From Spirochaetia bacterium (GTDB taxonomy: Bacteria > Spirochaetota > Spirochaetia > UBA9216), in contig CAXXYH010000004.1 in assembly GCA_963677925.2 (NCBI GenBank), positions 1,632,001-1,696,000 on the forward strand: DNA of 64,000 nt, in the 5' to 3' direction. This document shows, piece after piece, positions 55,836-64,000 of this stretch. The notes under the pieces were generated by a model. The model had not been told where the DNA came from. It saw only the letters and a list, made by a program, of their open reading frames with translations, and searched no databases. How positions within the stretch are numbered: the first letter of the stretch is position 1; every line of letters begins with the position of its first letter. A program made the translations under genes and the position numbers.

Positions 55836-56892
55836 GGCTTTTTACAATATCCTGGACGGCCTGCATCGGCATCTGCTCTTTATTTAGGATGCGGTAGACA
55901 GCCTCGGATATCGGAAGTTTCAGTTTTGATATTTCGGTTATCTGTTTAACAAATCTGGCGGCAACAACGCCCTCCGGCAGATATCCGATTTTTGAAATGT
56001 TGGCGATAAGATCATCAAGTCCGTCAAAGCTGTCAAGGGCATGTGCCTTGATTATCTCACGTCCGAATTTACGGTTTCTGCCGTGAATACTTCGGCAGGT
56101 AACATCAAGGTCGCCGACCCCCGCAATGCTTGTGAAGGTTTCAGGGTATTCTGAACCCAGGGTTTTTCCGAGTATCTGAATCTCGTTAAGACCCGCAGCA
56201 AGAAGCAGCGATTCGGTATTATCACCGAAGTTGTCCGATATTTCACTCAGCGCATCAAGTATTCCGTAGGCAATTGCAATAACGTTTTTCACTGCCCCGC
56301 AGGTCTGAACACCCTCTACATCAAGAGATGAGTAGACAAGGAGGTTTGAACCTGTAAGCAGTTCCCTGAATCTGATAGAGTTCAGGCCGCTCTTGCTCGC
56401 GCTGATAAGCCCGGTAATCTTTCCCCTTGATACTTCTTCGGCATGGCTCGGGCCGGATATGTAAACCAGGCTGTCCTTGTAGAATCCTGGCAGGTACGAC
56501 TCCATAGCCCTTGTGATAAGCATGGGCCCTGTAGGAGTCTGTATAAACCCCTTGGTAAGTACTCCGATTGCCGGTTTCCCTTCCATTATGTCGGGGATGG
56601 GTACGAGCTTCTTCACTATATCCAGAATGTACAGTGAGGGAGTTGCAATAATTATAAAATCTTTACCTGAAACGGCTTCTGCCAGCTCCGTTGTCGCTTT
56701 TACAGTTTCCGCCAGATTGACTCCCAGCAGATAGCGGGAATTTGAGTGTTTGCTGTTTATCTCGGTGACGACATCGGCCATGAAATCCCACATAGTTACA
56801 TCATGTCCCAAATCTCCAAGTACTTTTCCGATTGCAGTGCCCCAGGCTCCTGCGTTTATTATGCCGACTTTCTTGCCGTTTGGTTTCTCCAT
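55804..56892 (-). CDS. gpsA: NAD(P)H-dependent glycerol-3-phosphate dehydrogenase; start probably ATG 56892
   Basis: NAGAWGTA, TKG, SGPSHAEEV, GAVKNVIAIA, GVGDL.VTC.S..GRNR. Confidence 0.93.
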   Translation of the reverse strand: MEKPNGKKVGIINAGAWGTAIGKVLGDLGHDVTMWDFMADVVTEINSKHSNSRYLLGVNLAETVKATTELAEAVSGKDFIIIATPSLYILDIVKKLVPIPDIMEGKPAIGVLTKGFIQTPTGPMLITRAMESYLPGFYKDSLVYISGPSHAEEVSRGKITGLISASKSGLNSIRFRELLTGSNLLVYSSLDVEGVQTCGAVKNVIAIAYGILDALSEISDNFGDNTESLLLAAGLNEIQILGKTLGSEYPETFTSIAGVGDLDVTCRSIHGRNRKFGREIIKAHALDSFDGLDDLIANISKIGYLPEGVVAARFVKQITEISKLKLPISEAVYRILNKEQMPMQAVQDIVKSLSMQASSKEL

Positions 56893-56899
56893 AAAAAAA

Positions 56900-58684
56900 T
56901 TACCCCATGTTTCTGCTGCAGAGTTCTTCAAACTCATCGACCTTTTTCTCAATAAGGCCGATACCCTGCATCCAGAAGTCTTTACTTGTTATATCAAAGC
57001 CGGCTGTTAATGTCACCTGTTCTGCGCTTGCTTTTCCGGTCATAAGAAGCAGATCGCGGTATTTTTCGGGGAAAGAATCCACTTCATTGAGGTAGAGCGA
57101 GTAGAGTCCCATGCCGAAGAGTTTTCCGAAAGCGTAGGGAAAGTTGTAAAATGCCAGGTCCTGCCGATAGTAATGTCCCTTTACCGCCCACATGTAGGGG
57201 TGCATATAATCGGGATCCATGGCATCTCCATAGGTCTGATTCTGTGCATCAATCATTATGCTGCAGAAGTCAGAAGCAGAGAGTTCGCCGGTCTTTCGTC
57301 TCTCCATAACTTCCTTTTCAAAGATAAACCGTGAGAGGATGTCGACGACGACCTGATTTGCTTCCATCAGTTCGGTTTCAATAATTCCCAGTTTGTCACC
57401 TTCGGGGGCGGTTTTAAGCGATTCCTCAAAGACAATGGTCTCGCAGAAGATTGAAGCCGTTTCTGCGAGCGTCATAGGAAAGTCGCGGTGGAGTCCTTCC
57501 TCGTTTTTAAGAACATGGTTATGGTATGCATGTCCAAGTTCGTGGGCAACTGTTGTAAGTCCGCTGAAAGAGCCGTCAAAGTTGCTCATTATTCTGGATG
57601 ATCCGGAGAGGGGCAGACCGGCACAGTATGCTCCGCCTATCTTGTTTTTACGCGGAAGGGCGTCAATCCAGCCTTCGCTGAAGGCTCTTGATGCAAGCAA
57701 ACCGAGATCGCCGCTGAACGCGGTAAATTTTTCTACAATAAAATCCGAGGCTTCTTCAAAGCTCCAGATCTTATCCGATGTTCCCACAGGAGCGAAGAGA
57801 TCGAAGAAGGGCAGGGTTTTTCTGCCGAGCAGGCCGGCCTTAAGCCGCATATATCGTCTGAATACCGGCAGTGAATTTGTCAGCGAAGCGATAAGGGCTT
57901 CAAGTGTTTCTTTGCTTATTCTGGACTGCATGGTTGAACGTTCGAGTGTTGATTCAAAGCTGCGTCTTGAGTTCACAGCAGTACTGAATCCCTTTACTCC
58001 GTTGAGGGCAAAGGCCAGAGGGACTTCGTTATCCTTCCATATTACATTCTCCAGTTGCCAGGCTCTTTTTCTTGTTTCAGCATCAGGAGAGAAGGCCAGA
58101 GCCCGCAGCTGGGTAGCTGTTTTCATCTCTCCTGTTTTCTCATCCCAGAGAGCTGATGCTGTGGAAGTAATATTATTATGCAGTCTTGTCCATGATTCAG
58201 CCCCGCATCTGGCCAGATCTGCGGCAAGTTCTTCCATCCCGGCTGACATCTGGTGTTTCTGAAGAAGCAGCTCCTCTTCAAAGAAGAATGAGAATTTCGA
58301 GAGATACGGGTCGTTCTTAATCAGTCCGGTTATTTTTTCACCTTCAGAAGCAAGCAGATCTCTGAACTTCACTCTGAAGGACTGCAGGGGTACCGACATG
58401 CCCTCAACTTCATTCATTTCGTTCAGGCTTTTCTGGTCGGATGTGTCGACGGAATGGCAGCAGTATATATAGGAATCGAGTTCTTCATAACGGTCGAAGG
58501 CCGCATTGTACATCTGCATTATTTCTGCAAGTTTTTCTGCGGTAAGAGAGCCGCTGTGATCTGAGACCGTTCTATTAAGCTTTTGTGTAAATTCTTTAAG
58601 TTCATTTTTAAGTGCAATATAAGCGGGGTCATCAAACCCCTTGTAGGGATTTTCCGATTTCCATTTTGGAATATCATTATTCAT
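56900..58684 (-). CDS. pepF: M3-family oligoendopeptidase
   Basis: WID..PR..K.GGAYC, AHELGHAYH, LAETASIF.E, FYNFPYAFG. Confidence 0.9.
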   Translation of the reverse strand: MNNDIPKWKSENPYKGFDDPAYIALKNELKEFTQKLNRTVSDHSGSLTAEKLAEIMQMYNAAFDRYEELDSYIYCCHSVDTSDQKSLNEMNEVEGMSVPLQSFRVKFRDLLASEGEKITGLIKNDPYLSKFSFFFEEELLLQKHQMSAGMEELAADLARCGAESWTRLHNNITSTASALWDEKTGEMKTATQLRALAFSPDAETRKRAWQLENVIWKDNEVPLAFALNGVKGFSTAVNSRRSFESTLERSTMQSRISKETLEALIASLTNSLPVFRRYMRLKAGLLGRKTLPFFDLFAPVGTSDKIWSFEEASDFIVEKFTAFSGDLGLLASRAFSEGWIDALPRKNKIGGAYCAGLPLSGSSRIMSNFDGSFSGLTTVAHELGHAYHNHVLKNEEGLHRDFPMTLAETASIFCETIVFEESLKTAPEGDKLGIIETELMEANQVVVDILSRFIFEKEVMERRKTGELSASDFCSIMIDAQNQTYGDAMDPDYMHPYMWAVKGHYYRQDLAFYNFPYAFGKLFGMGLYSLYLNEVDSFPEKYRDLLLMTGKASAEQVTLTAGFDITSKDFWMQGIGLIEKKVDEFEELCSRNMG

Positions 58685-58775
58685 AATTACTCCTTGTCTG
58701 CGGAAATTATAAATCCCTTAATCACAATAGGCAATAGAGATAAAGTGTGCTATATTTTCCATCGAGGTAAGACAC

Positions 58776-60266
58776 GTGAAGTCAAAAGTTTTATTACTTG
58801 CATTCTGTTTCCTGCTTTCGGTTTTTAACGTTTCAGCAGAAAAGACCTACAAGGGAATCCGGTATACAGATCTTAACAATGGACAGAGCCTGAATGGTAC
58901 TATCGATCTTTCCGGCAGTTTTGCAGAGCAATCTGAAAACTTCAGGATACGAATCCCGAAAAACGCCTACGGCCTGAGGATCAGCCTTTCCGGTGCATCA
59001 GCGGATCTGGACCTCTTTATCAACCCTGGTGCTCCTGCCGAACAGGCCTCAGAGGCCCTTTATATTGCAGAAACTGAGGATTATAACGAAGAACTCTTTG
59101 TTACAAGGATGGATGAACCCGGCCTTGATACCGGTATCTACTTTGTGAAGGTGGCCTACCAGTTCGATTATCTTCCGGTGATTGACGGTGAAACCCATAC
59201 TTCGGTTGATTTTTCCATTAAATGCGAAATTATCTCTGCAGATCCGCAGGTTACTGTGCTTGAAGGTCAACGCTACGACCTTGAACTGCTGCCTGAGAAC
59301 GGAATGTACCTTACAGCCGCTGTTAACATTCCGGCCGGAACAGAGAGTGTCAGAATTGATGTTTTTGATACAAAAGCTGATATTGATATATTTGCTTCAA
59401 TGAAAACCCCGGCCAAGACCCGGGTAGAGGCGATGTATGCGGCTGAAAGCCTTCTCGGCAATGAAAGCCTGGTTATCCGGGGAATGGACGGTGCCAGACT
59501 GATTCCGGGAAAGTATTTCATTTCTTTTACCGATCAGGTTGTCCATGATATACCTCAAAAGTTTTCTGTTTACATTACATACGGGCCAGAAGCTCCGGCG
59601 GACCTTCTGCAGATCCCTTCTGCTCCATCGGAAGACAGCAGTTTCGGTTCGGCGCTGCAGTCGGTGGTAGAGGTGATATCATCAAAAGGAAAGGGCTCCG
59701 GCTGCCTTGTAAGCAGTGACGGTCTGATAATAACCAACTGGCATGTAATCCGCGGTCCTGACGGGAATCCGTCTGAAGAGCTGTACGCTGCTTTGACCTT
59801 TGATGAACGCTATCCGCCTCAGGAACTGTTCAGTCTTTCGGTACTGGAGTACGATGAAGAACTCGACCTTGCCCTGCTGAAAGTCAGCGGCGGACTCTAC
59901 GGCCAGGAGCTTCCCTACGGCTACAGTTTTCCCTTTCTGAGTATCGGCGATTCATCAAAGCTCCGCATAGGCCAGCCTGTTGGAACCATAGGCTTTCCCG
60001 CAATCGGCGGCAGCGGTTCCAGAACCTCAGTTACATTTACAACCGGTATAGTAAGCGGTTTTGAACTCACCTCAAGCGGTCTGCTGGTGAAAACCGACAG
60101 CCTTATCAACAGCGGGAACTCTGGAGGGGCTGTTATAGACAGTTACTTCGAGCTTATCGGTTTTCCAGGTTTTGTTATCGATTCTGATAACAGTTCAATG
60201 GGCTACATATACCCTGTTTCGATGATACCGGAAGCCTGGATGAGGATGATAAAAGCTGCTTCGTAA
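58776..60266 (+). CDS. Secreted trypsin-like serine protease with two N-terminal PPC-like domains
   Basis: Signal peptide; ADLDLF / ADIDIF repeats; ITNWHV, DLALL, INSGNSGG. Confidence 0.85.
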   Translation: MKSKVLLLAFCFLLSVFNVSAEKTYKGIRYTDLNNGQSLNGTIDLSGSFAEQSENFRIRIPKNAYGLRISLSGASADLDLFINPGAPAEQASEALYIAETEDYNEELFVTRMDEPGLDTGIYFVKVAYQFDYLPVIDGETHTSVDFSIKCEIISADPQVTVLEGQRYDLELLPENGMYLTAAVNIPAGTESVRIDVFDTKADIDIFASMKTPAKTRVEAMYAAESLLGNESLVIRGMDGARLIPGKYFISFTDQVVHDIPQKFSVYITYGPEAPADLLQIPSAPSEDSSFGSALQSVVEVISSKGKGSGCLVSSDGLIITNWHVIRGPDGNPSEELYAALTFDERYPPQELFSLSVLEYDEELDLALLKVSGGLYGQELPYGYSFPFLSIGDSSKLRIGQPVGTIGFPAIGGSGSRTSVTFTTGIVSGFELTSSGLLVKTDSLINSGNSGGAVIDSYFELIGFPGFVIDSDNSSMGYIYPVSMIPEAWMRMIKAAS

Positions 60267-60291
60267 TAGATGCTTAAACTGTGTAAAATGC

Positions 60292-60330
60292 GGGTTGAGC
60301 GGAACAAATGTTCTGTTCAGCCCTTTTTTT
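60292..60330 (+). terminator. Intrinsic terminator after the protease gene
   Basis: GGGTTGAGCGGAACA/TGTTCTGTTCAGCCC (with G-U pairs) + T7. Confidence 0.8.
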
Positions 60331-60427
60331 GTGCTGCATATCCGCACATTGGTTACAGACTAAAAAAATGCACAATTGTCAAACTTTTTAGTTGATTTTC
60401 TCTACAATATATGGTTAAAGTTATGCA

Positions 60428-61393
60428 ATGAGTGAGAAAACCAGTTCGCATAGAAAAATATCTCTCCTGGCCCGAATCGCCTGGATGTACTATATACAGG
60501 GCCTTACACAGGAAGAGATTGCAAGGAAGTTAGATTTTTCAAGGACAAAAGTCACCAGACTCCTTGCCCAGGCAAAGGATGAGGGTGTTGTCGAGATAAA
60601 TATCAGCAGAACATTCAGAACCTGCTTTGAAATAGAAGAAATGGTACGTGAAACCTTTGATCTGGACCTTGTCCGGGTTGTTCCGCAGGGAGATAACCCC
60701 GAGGATACACGGGAAGGCGTAGGTGTAGCATGTGCAGGTTTCCTTGAACAGAATCTGCAGGACGGCGATATAATCGGATGTTCCTGGGGAAGGAATCTTT
60801 TTCATGTCGGTATGGCAATAAGACCGGTGAAGGACCGCGATTTGACAGTTGTGCAGCTGAGCGGCGGAATGAACACCGGCGGAGAGCTTCTGCCTCAGAA
60901 GGTTATGGAGATGATGGTTTCCAAACTGAGTGCAAAGGGGATATGGCTGAATACTCCGGCTGTTGTTGCACATCTGGACATTAAGAAGGCTCTTATCCGC
61001 GATTCCAGCATCAATGAAGCCCTGACACTGGGACGCAGCTGTACAAAAGCTCTGGTCGGTATAGGAGATTTCAGCGATACGGCTTCGCTTGTTGTCACCG
61101 GTTCCATCACACGTGAGGAGAACCACGAGCTGAAGCTTGCGGGTGCAGTGGGCGATATCCTCTGCCGCCATTATGATCTCAAGGGCAAAGTTGTTAAAAG
61201 CAGTATTGCAGACCGTGTAATGGCAATCTCTCTCGAGGAGCTGAAGGCTATTCCGCTTAGAATCGGAGTTACCTCGGGAAAAGAGAAGGCGCTGCCTATT
61301 CTTGGAGCCATCAACGGCGGTTATATCAACTCGCTTATTACTGATGAAGATACAGCGAACGAACTTCTCAGACTTAGAAACCACAAGCAGTAA
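60428..61393 (+). CDS. SorC/DeoR(B. subtilis)-type sugar-binding transcriptional regulator
   Basis: IAWMYY.QGLTQEEIA..L..SRTKV.RLL, SWGR, ALVGIG, GAVGDI, LITDE. Confidence 0.9.
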   Translation: MSEKTSSHRKISLLARIAWMYYIQGLTQEEIARKLDFSRTKVTRLLAQAKDEGVVEINISRTFRTCFEIEEMVRETFDLDLVRVVPQGDNPEDTREGVGVACAGFLEQNLQDGDIIGCSWGRNLFHVGMAIRPVKDRDLTVVQLSGGMNTGGELLPQKVMEMMVSKLSAKGIWLNTPAVVAHLDIKKALIRDSSINEALTLGRSCTKALVGIGDFSDTASLVVTGSITREENHELKLAGAVGDILCRHYDLKGKVVKSSIADRVMAISLEELKAIPLRIGVTSGKEKALPILGAINGGYINSLITDEDTANELLRLRNHKQ

Positions 61394-61404
61394 CGGAATT
61401 TTTT

Positions 61405-62241
61405 ATGTCAGCAGATAAACAGATATTCAGCGGTTCAGGAAACTATGTTCTTGACGGCGAGCTTTCCGATATAGTCAATATTTCAATTCAGCTGGAGATG
61501 CCCCTTCTTTTAAAAGGGGAGCCGGGAACCGGAAAGACAATGCTCGCTCACGGCGTTGCAGACAGTCTGGATATGCCGCTTATCATTCTGAATGTTAAAT
61601 CAAGCATGAAGCTGGTCGATGCTCTCTACCAGTATGATACCCTTACAAGACTTAATGACAGCCGTTTCGGTGATTCGGATCGTGATGTAAGCAGTATAGA
61701 TGACTACATCCGTATGGGAAAAATAGGTCAGGCATTTACCGCCGATAAGCGGGTAGTTCTTCTTATCGATGAGATCGACAAGGCCGACACTGATTTTCAG
61801 GATGATATGCTGGATGTGCTGGACCAGATGCAATTTGATATAATAGAAACAGATAAAACAATCAAGGCAGTACATCGTCCCGTTATAATAATCACTTCCA
61901 ACAGCAAAAAAGATCTTTCAGACCCCTTCCTTGGAAGGTGCAACTTTCATCATATTGCCTTTCCCGACCGGAAACAGATGGACAAAATTGTAAAAGTGCA
62001 TTTTCCCGACATGGGAACAAAAACTGCTGAAAATATAATTGAGACTTTCTACCGGCTAAGGAGTATCGGAAGCATAGAGAAGAAGCCTGCTACCAGAGAA
62101 CTTATCAACTGGATACGCGCGCTCTCTGCCGATCCGGAATTTGATACCGATCAGCTTAGAAGGGGCAGGGTTCCGTTTCTCGGAGTACTTTTTAAACGGA
62201 GTGAAGACCTTAAAAAGGCCTCCGATACGCTGGCAGACTGA
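61405..62241 (+). CDS. MoxR-family AAA+ ATPase (CoxD-like)
   Basis: PLLLKGEPGTGKT, LYQYD...RL.DS, LLIDEIDKAD, IITSN, KKPATRELINW. Confidence 0.9.
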   Translation: MSADKQIFSGSGNYVLDGELSDIVNISIQLEMPLLLKGEPGTGKTMLAHGVADSLDMPLIILNVKSSMKLVDALYQYDTLTRLNDSRFGDSDRDVSSIDDYIRMGKIGQAFTADKRVVLLIDEIDKADTDFQDDMLDVLDQMQFDIIETDKTIKAVHRPVIIITSNSKKDLSDPFLGRCNFHHIAFPDRKQMDKIVKVHFPDMGTKTAENIIETFYRLRSIGSIEKKPATRELINWIRALSADPEFDTDQLRRGRVPFLGVLFKRSEDLKKASDTLAD

Positions 62242-63428
62242 TGTTTGCAGATTTTTTTCTGGAGCTTAAAAGAGCCGGAGTTCCGGTGAGTTTCACTGCC
62301 TATCTTAACCTTCAGAGGGCCCTGTACAAGGGGCTTATTATCAGCCTGAACAGTTTTTATCATTGTGCCAGAAGTATCCTTGTTAAAAGCGAACGCTACT
62401 TCGATGCATATGACCGTATATTTGCCTATCAATTCGAAGGTGCAGATGAGTCCATTCTTGACGGGATAATGCCTGATGAAAAGATGGCTGCCCTGCTTGA
62501 TATGTGGCTCCGTGACGCCGCTGATCCGGATCGCCGGTTTGATTCCGACAGTCTCGAATTTGAGAATATGACCCCTGACGAACTTCTGCAGTATTTCAAG
62601 GACAGGCTTGAAGAGCAGAAGGAGAAGCATGACGGTGGGACGAAGTGGATTGGCACCACGGGGACATCTCCCACAGGTCATTCGGGATGCCATGTAGACG
62701 GAATGAGGGTAGGGGGAACTTCCAAAAGCCGTTCGGCAATGAAGGTTGCCGGGGAAAGGCGGTACAGGGATTATTCTGATGATGTGATGCTCTCGGAGGC
62801 TACGATGATGGAGGCTCTGAAGAAGCTGAAAATCATGGTTCCTCATGGACCGAAGGACAGGCTGGATATTGATGCTACCATTTACCAGACAATGCGCAAT
62901 GCGGGTGAAATAGAACTGGTATTTTCACAGAGCCTGCGCGACCGGCTTAAAGTTATCCTGATGATTGATAACGGCGGCTTTTCAATGGATCCTCACATCG
63001 GAACTGTTAAAAAGCTCTTCGATCATGCCCACAGTTTTTTCAAGGATCTCAATGTTTATTACTTCCACAATACCATCTACCGGCATATCTGGTCGGATCC
63101 CCAGCGTTTTAAGAAGCCGGTACCTATAGAGGATTTCTCGGGACGCGATCCGGAGACCAGGCTTATTATTGTTGGAGACGCGAGTATGTCGCCATATGAA
63201 CTTCTTTACCGCAACGGGGTAATACGGACCGAAGACCGCGAAAATGCGCCGGGCCTTGAATATCTGAAGCAGCTGGCTTCAATGTTCCGGCATACCGTCT
63301 GGCTGAACCCTGTGCCGGATTATCTGTGGCAGTACACAAGTTCCATCGGTATAATCCGCAATATCTTCCCGATGTACGATATCAGCATGAAGGGGCTTGA
63401 AAATGCCGTCATCAGGCTGATGAGCTGA
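62241..63428 (+). CDS. VWA-domain partner protein (CoxE-like)
   Basis: H.GG.KWIGT.GTSP.G, LDIDATI, D.GG.SM, YYFHN, VGDASMSPYEL, VWLNP; coupled to the MoxR gene. Confidence 0.85.
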   Translation: MFADFFLELKRAGVPVSFTAYLNLQRALYKGLIISLNSFYHCARSILVKSERYFDAYDRIFAYQFEGADESILDGIMPDEKMAALLDMWLRDAADPDRRFDSDSLEFENMTPDELLQYFKDRLEEQKEKHDGGTKWIGTTGTSPTGHSGCHVDGMRVGGTSKSRSAMKVAGERRYRDYSDDVMLSEATMMEALKKLKIMVPHGPKDRLDIDATIYQTMRNAGEIELVFSQSLRDRLKVILMIDNGGFSMDPHIGTVKKLFDHAHSFFKDLNVYYFHNTIYRHIWSDPQRFKKPVPIEDFSGRDPETRLIIVGDASMSPYELLYRNGVIRTEDRENAPGLEYLKQLASMFRHTVWLNPVPDYLWQYTSSIGIIRNIFPMYDISMKGLENAVIRLMS

Positions 63429-63462
63429 AACTTCCGATAATATTCTTAATCTTAAATAAAAC

Positions 63463-63999
63463 TCAGCTGATACTTTCCAGAAGTTCCGTGAGTTTTTCAG
63501 GCTGAGCAAGGATTCCCTGCCAAATAGGAACCTTCCCGCCTCCCTTTACTCCGAAGGGTTTGAGAACCTCGCTGCTGAAAGAATTGAAATTGAAATCAGT
63601 ATCACCGGCCTGGACTATGGCCCATGTTGTCTTATCTGCCGACTTGTTGAAGAGCATAAATATTTTTCCTCCGTCATTGTCTGAAAGAGAGCGGCAGAGG
63701 TTTTTTATATAATCTGAGCTTTCGTTCTCAAGTATGACGGTATGCACTTTTGAAGATTCAGACCAGGGCTTCCCGCATTCGGCTATATCACCTGCTGCTT
63801 TTTCTGCACGTGCATTTTCCATCTGCCCAAGCTCATATTTCAGGCGGCTGAGAGCTTCAAGTGAGTCTTTGCATCTGGCTGTAATTTCAGCGAGGGGAGC
63901 GCTGTACAGTACAGAGAGCTCATCTGTAACTGCTGATTTAAGGCTGTAATCATTATATGCTCTTTTACCCAGCTTCCACAGAAGCCTGACATGACCTCT
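63463..63999 (-). CDS. Alanyl-tRNA editing (AlaX-L / DHHA1) protein, C-terminal part; runs off the window edge
   Basis: The frame stays open to the edge (RGHVRLLWKLGKRAYNDY...); ends with the DHHA1-type KGGGKVPIWQG. Confidence 0.7.
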   Translation of the reverse strand, partial: RGHVRLLWKLGKRAYNDYSLKSAVTDELSVLYSAPLAEITARCKDSLEALSRLKYELGQMENARAEKAAGDIAECGKPWSESSKVHTVILENESSDYIKNLCRSLSDNDGGKIFMLFNKSADKTTWAIVQAGDTDFNFNSFSSEVLKPFGVKGGGKVPIWQGILAQPEKLTELLESIS

Positions 64000-64000
64000 G

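Noticed and set aside
57393-58262. 289-aa + strand ORF
   Set aside because: Fully antisense to pepF, Ser-rich shadow frame, no motifs.
60539-61384. 281-aa minus-strand ORF
   Set aside because: Antisense shadow of the SorC regulator; no recognisable domain or RBS.
62151-62846. 231-aa minus-strand ORF
   Set aside because: Antisense to the moxR/VWA genes, no motifs.
63463-64000. Functional link between the AlaX-like gene and the alanine attenuator
   Set aside because: It is 13 kb away on the opposite strand with unrelated genes between; likely coincidental.
1-64000. rRNA, tRNA, IS/integrase, prophage or defence genes
   Set aside because: None recognised. Intergenic gaps are short and show no cloverleaf or terminal-repeat signatures, but this was a by-eye check only.

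Overview
Gene-dense 64-kb chromosomal segment, most likely from a free-living anaerobic spirochaete. This is an inference from solute-binding proteins starting ...FAGGQKE/FAGGQQD, a spirochaete-type long ATP-PFK and many ...FSC lipoproteins. From left to right: a kduI/kduD + TRAP + IclR uronate locus; an L-rhamnose locus (AraC, rhaA, class II aldolase, YesMN-like two-component system, ABC transporter, rhaM; no rhaB); a five-gene cassette (small Asp/Thr/Ser-rich lipopeptide, nucleotidyltransferase, S26-like peptidase, HprK-like kinase, PqqD/RRE); a divergent coaX-like kinase with pdxS-pdxT; a two-component system facing creD; orphan ectB; nitroreductase; livKHMGF; fadD; lplA; a degenerate M20 protein with gpgS; three tandem lipoproteins; a coiled-coil protein; an adenylate cyclase; PEGA/TPR and Ig-propeller proteins; an AlaA-like aminotransferase; pfkA with a phosphatase; an EEP hydrolase; cupin + B12 radical SAM; gpsA; pepF; a serine protease; SorC-MoxR-VWA; and a truncated AlaX-like gene. 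I saw no rRNA, tRNA, CRISPR array or transposase. The strongest unexplained signal is absent from the ORF track: a leaderless 25-aa peptide with five consecutive Ala codons (48896-48973), embedded in a protector/antiterminator/terminator layout directly upstream of the alanine-aminotransferase-like gene, i.e. a candidate alanine-sensing ribosomal attenuator. Next are the cyclase-less RRE/kinase/nucleotidyltransferase cassette with a lipopeptide candidate substrate, the substrate-altered CoaX beside pdxST, and a candidate sRNA at 53.8-54.0 kb. All calls come from motif recognition by eye; no database search or folding program was run.
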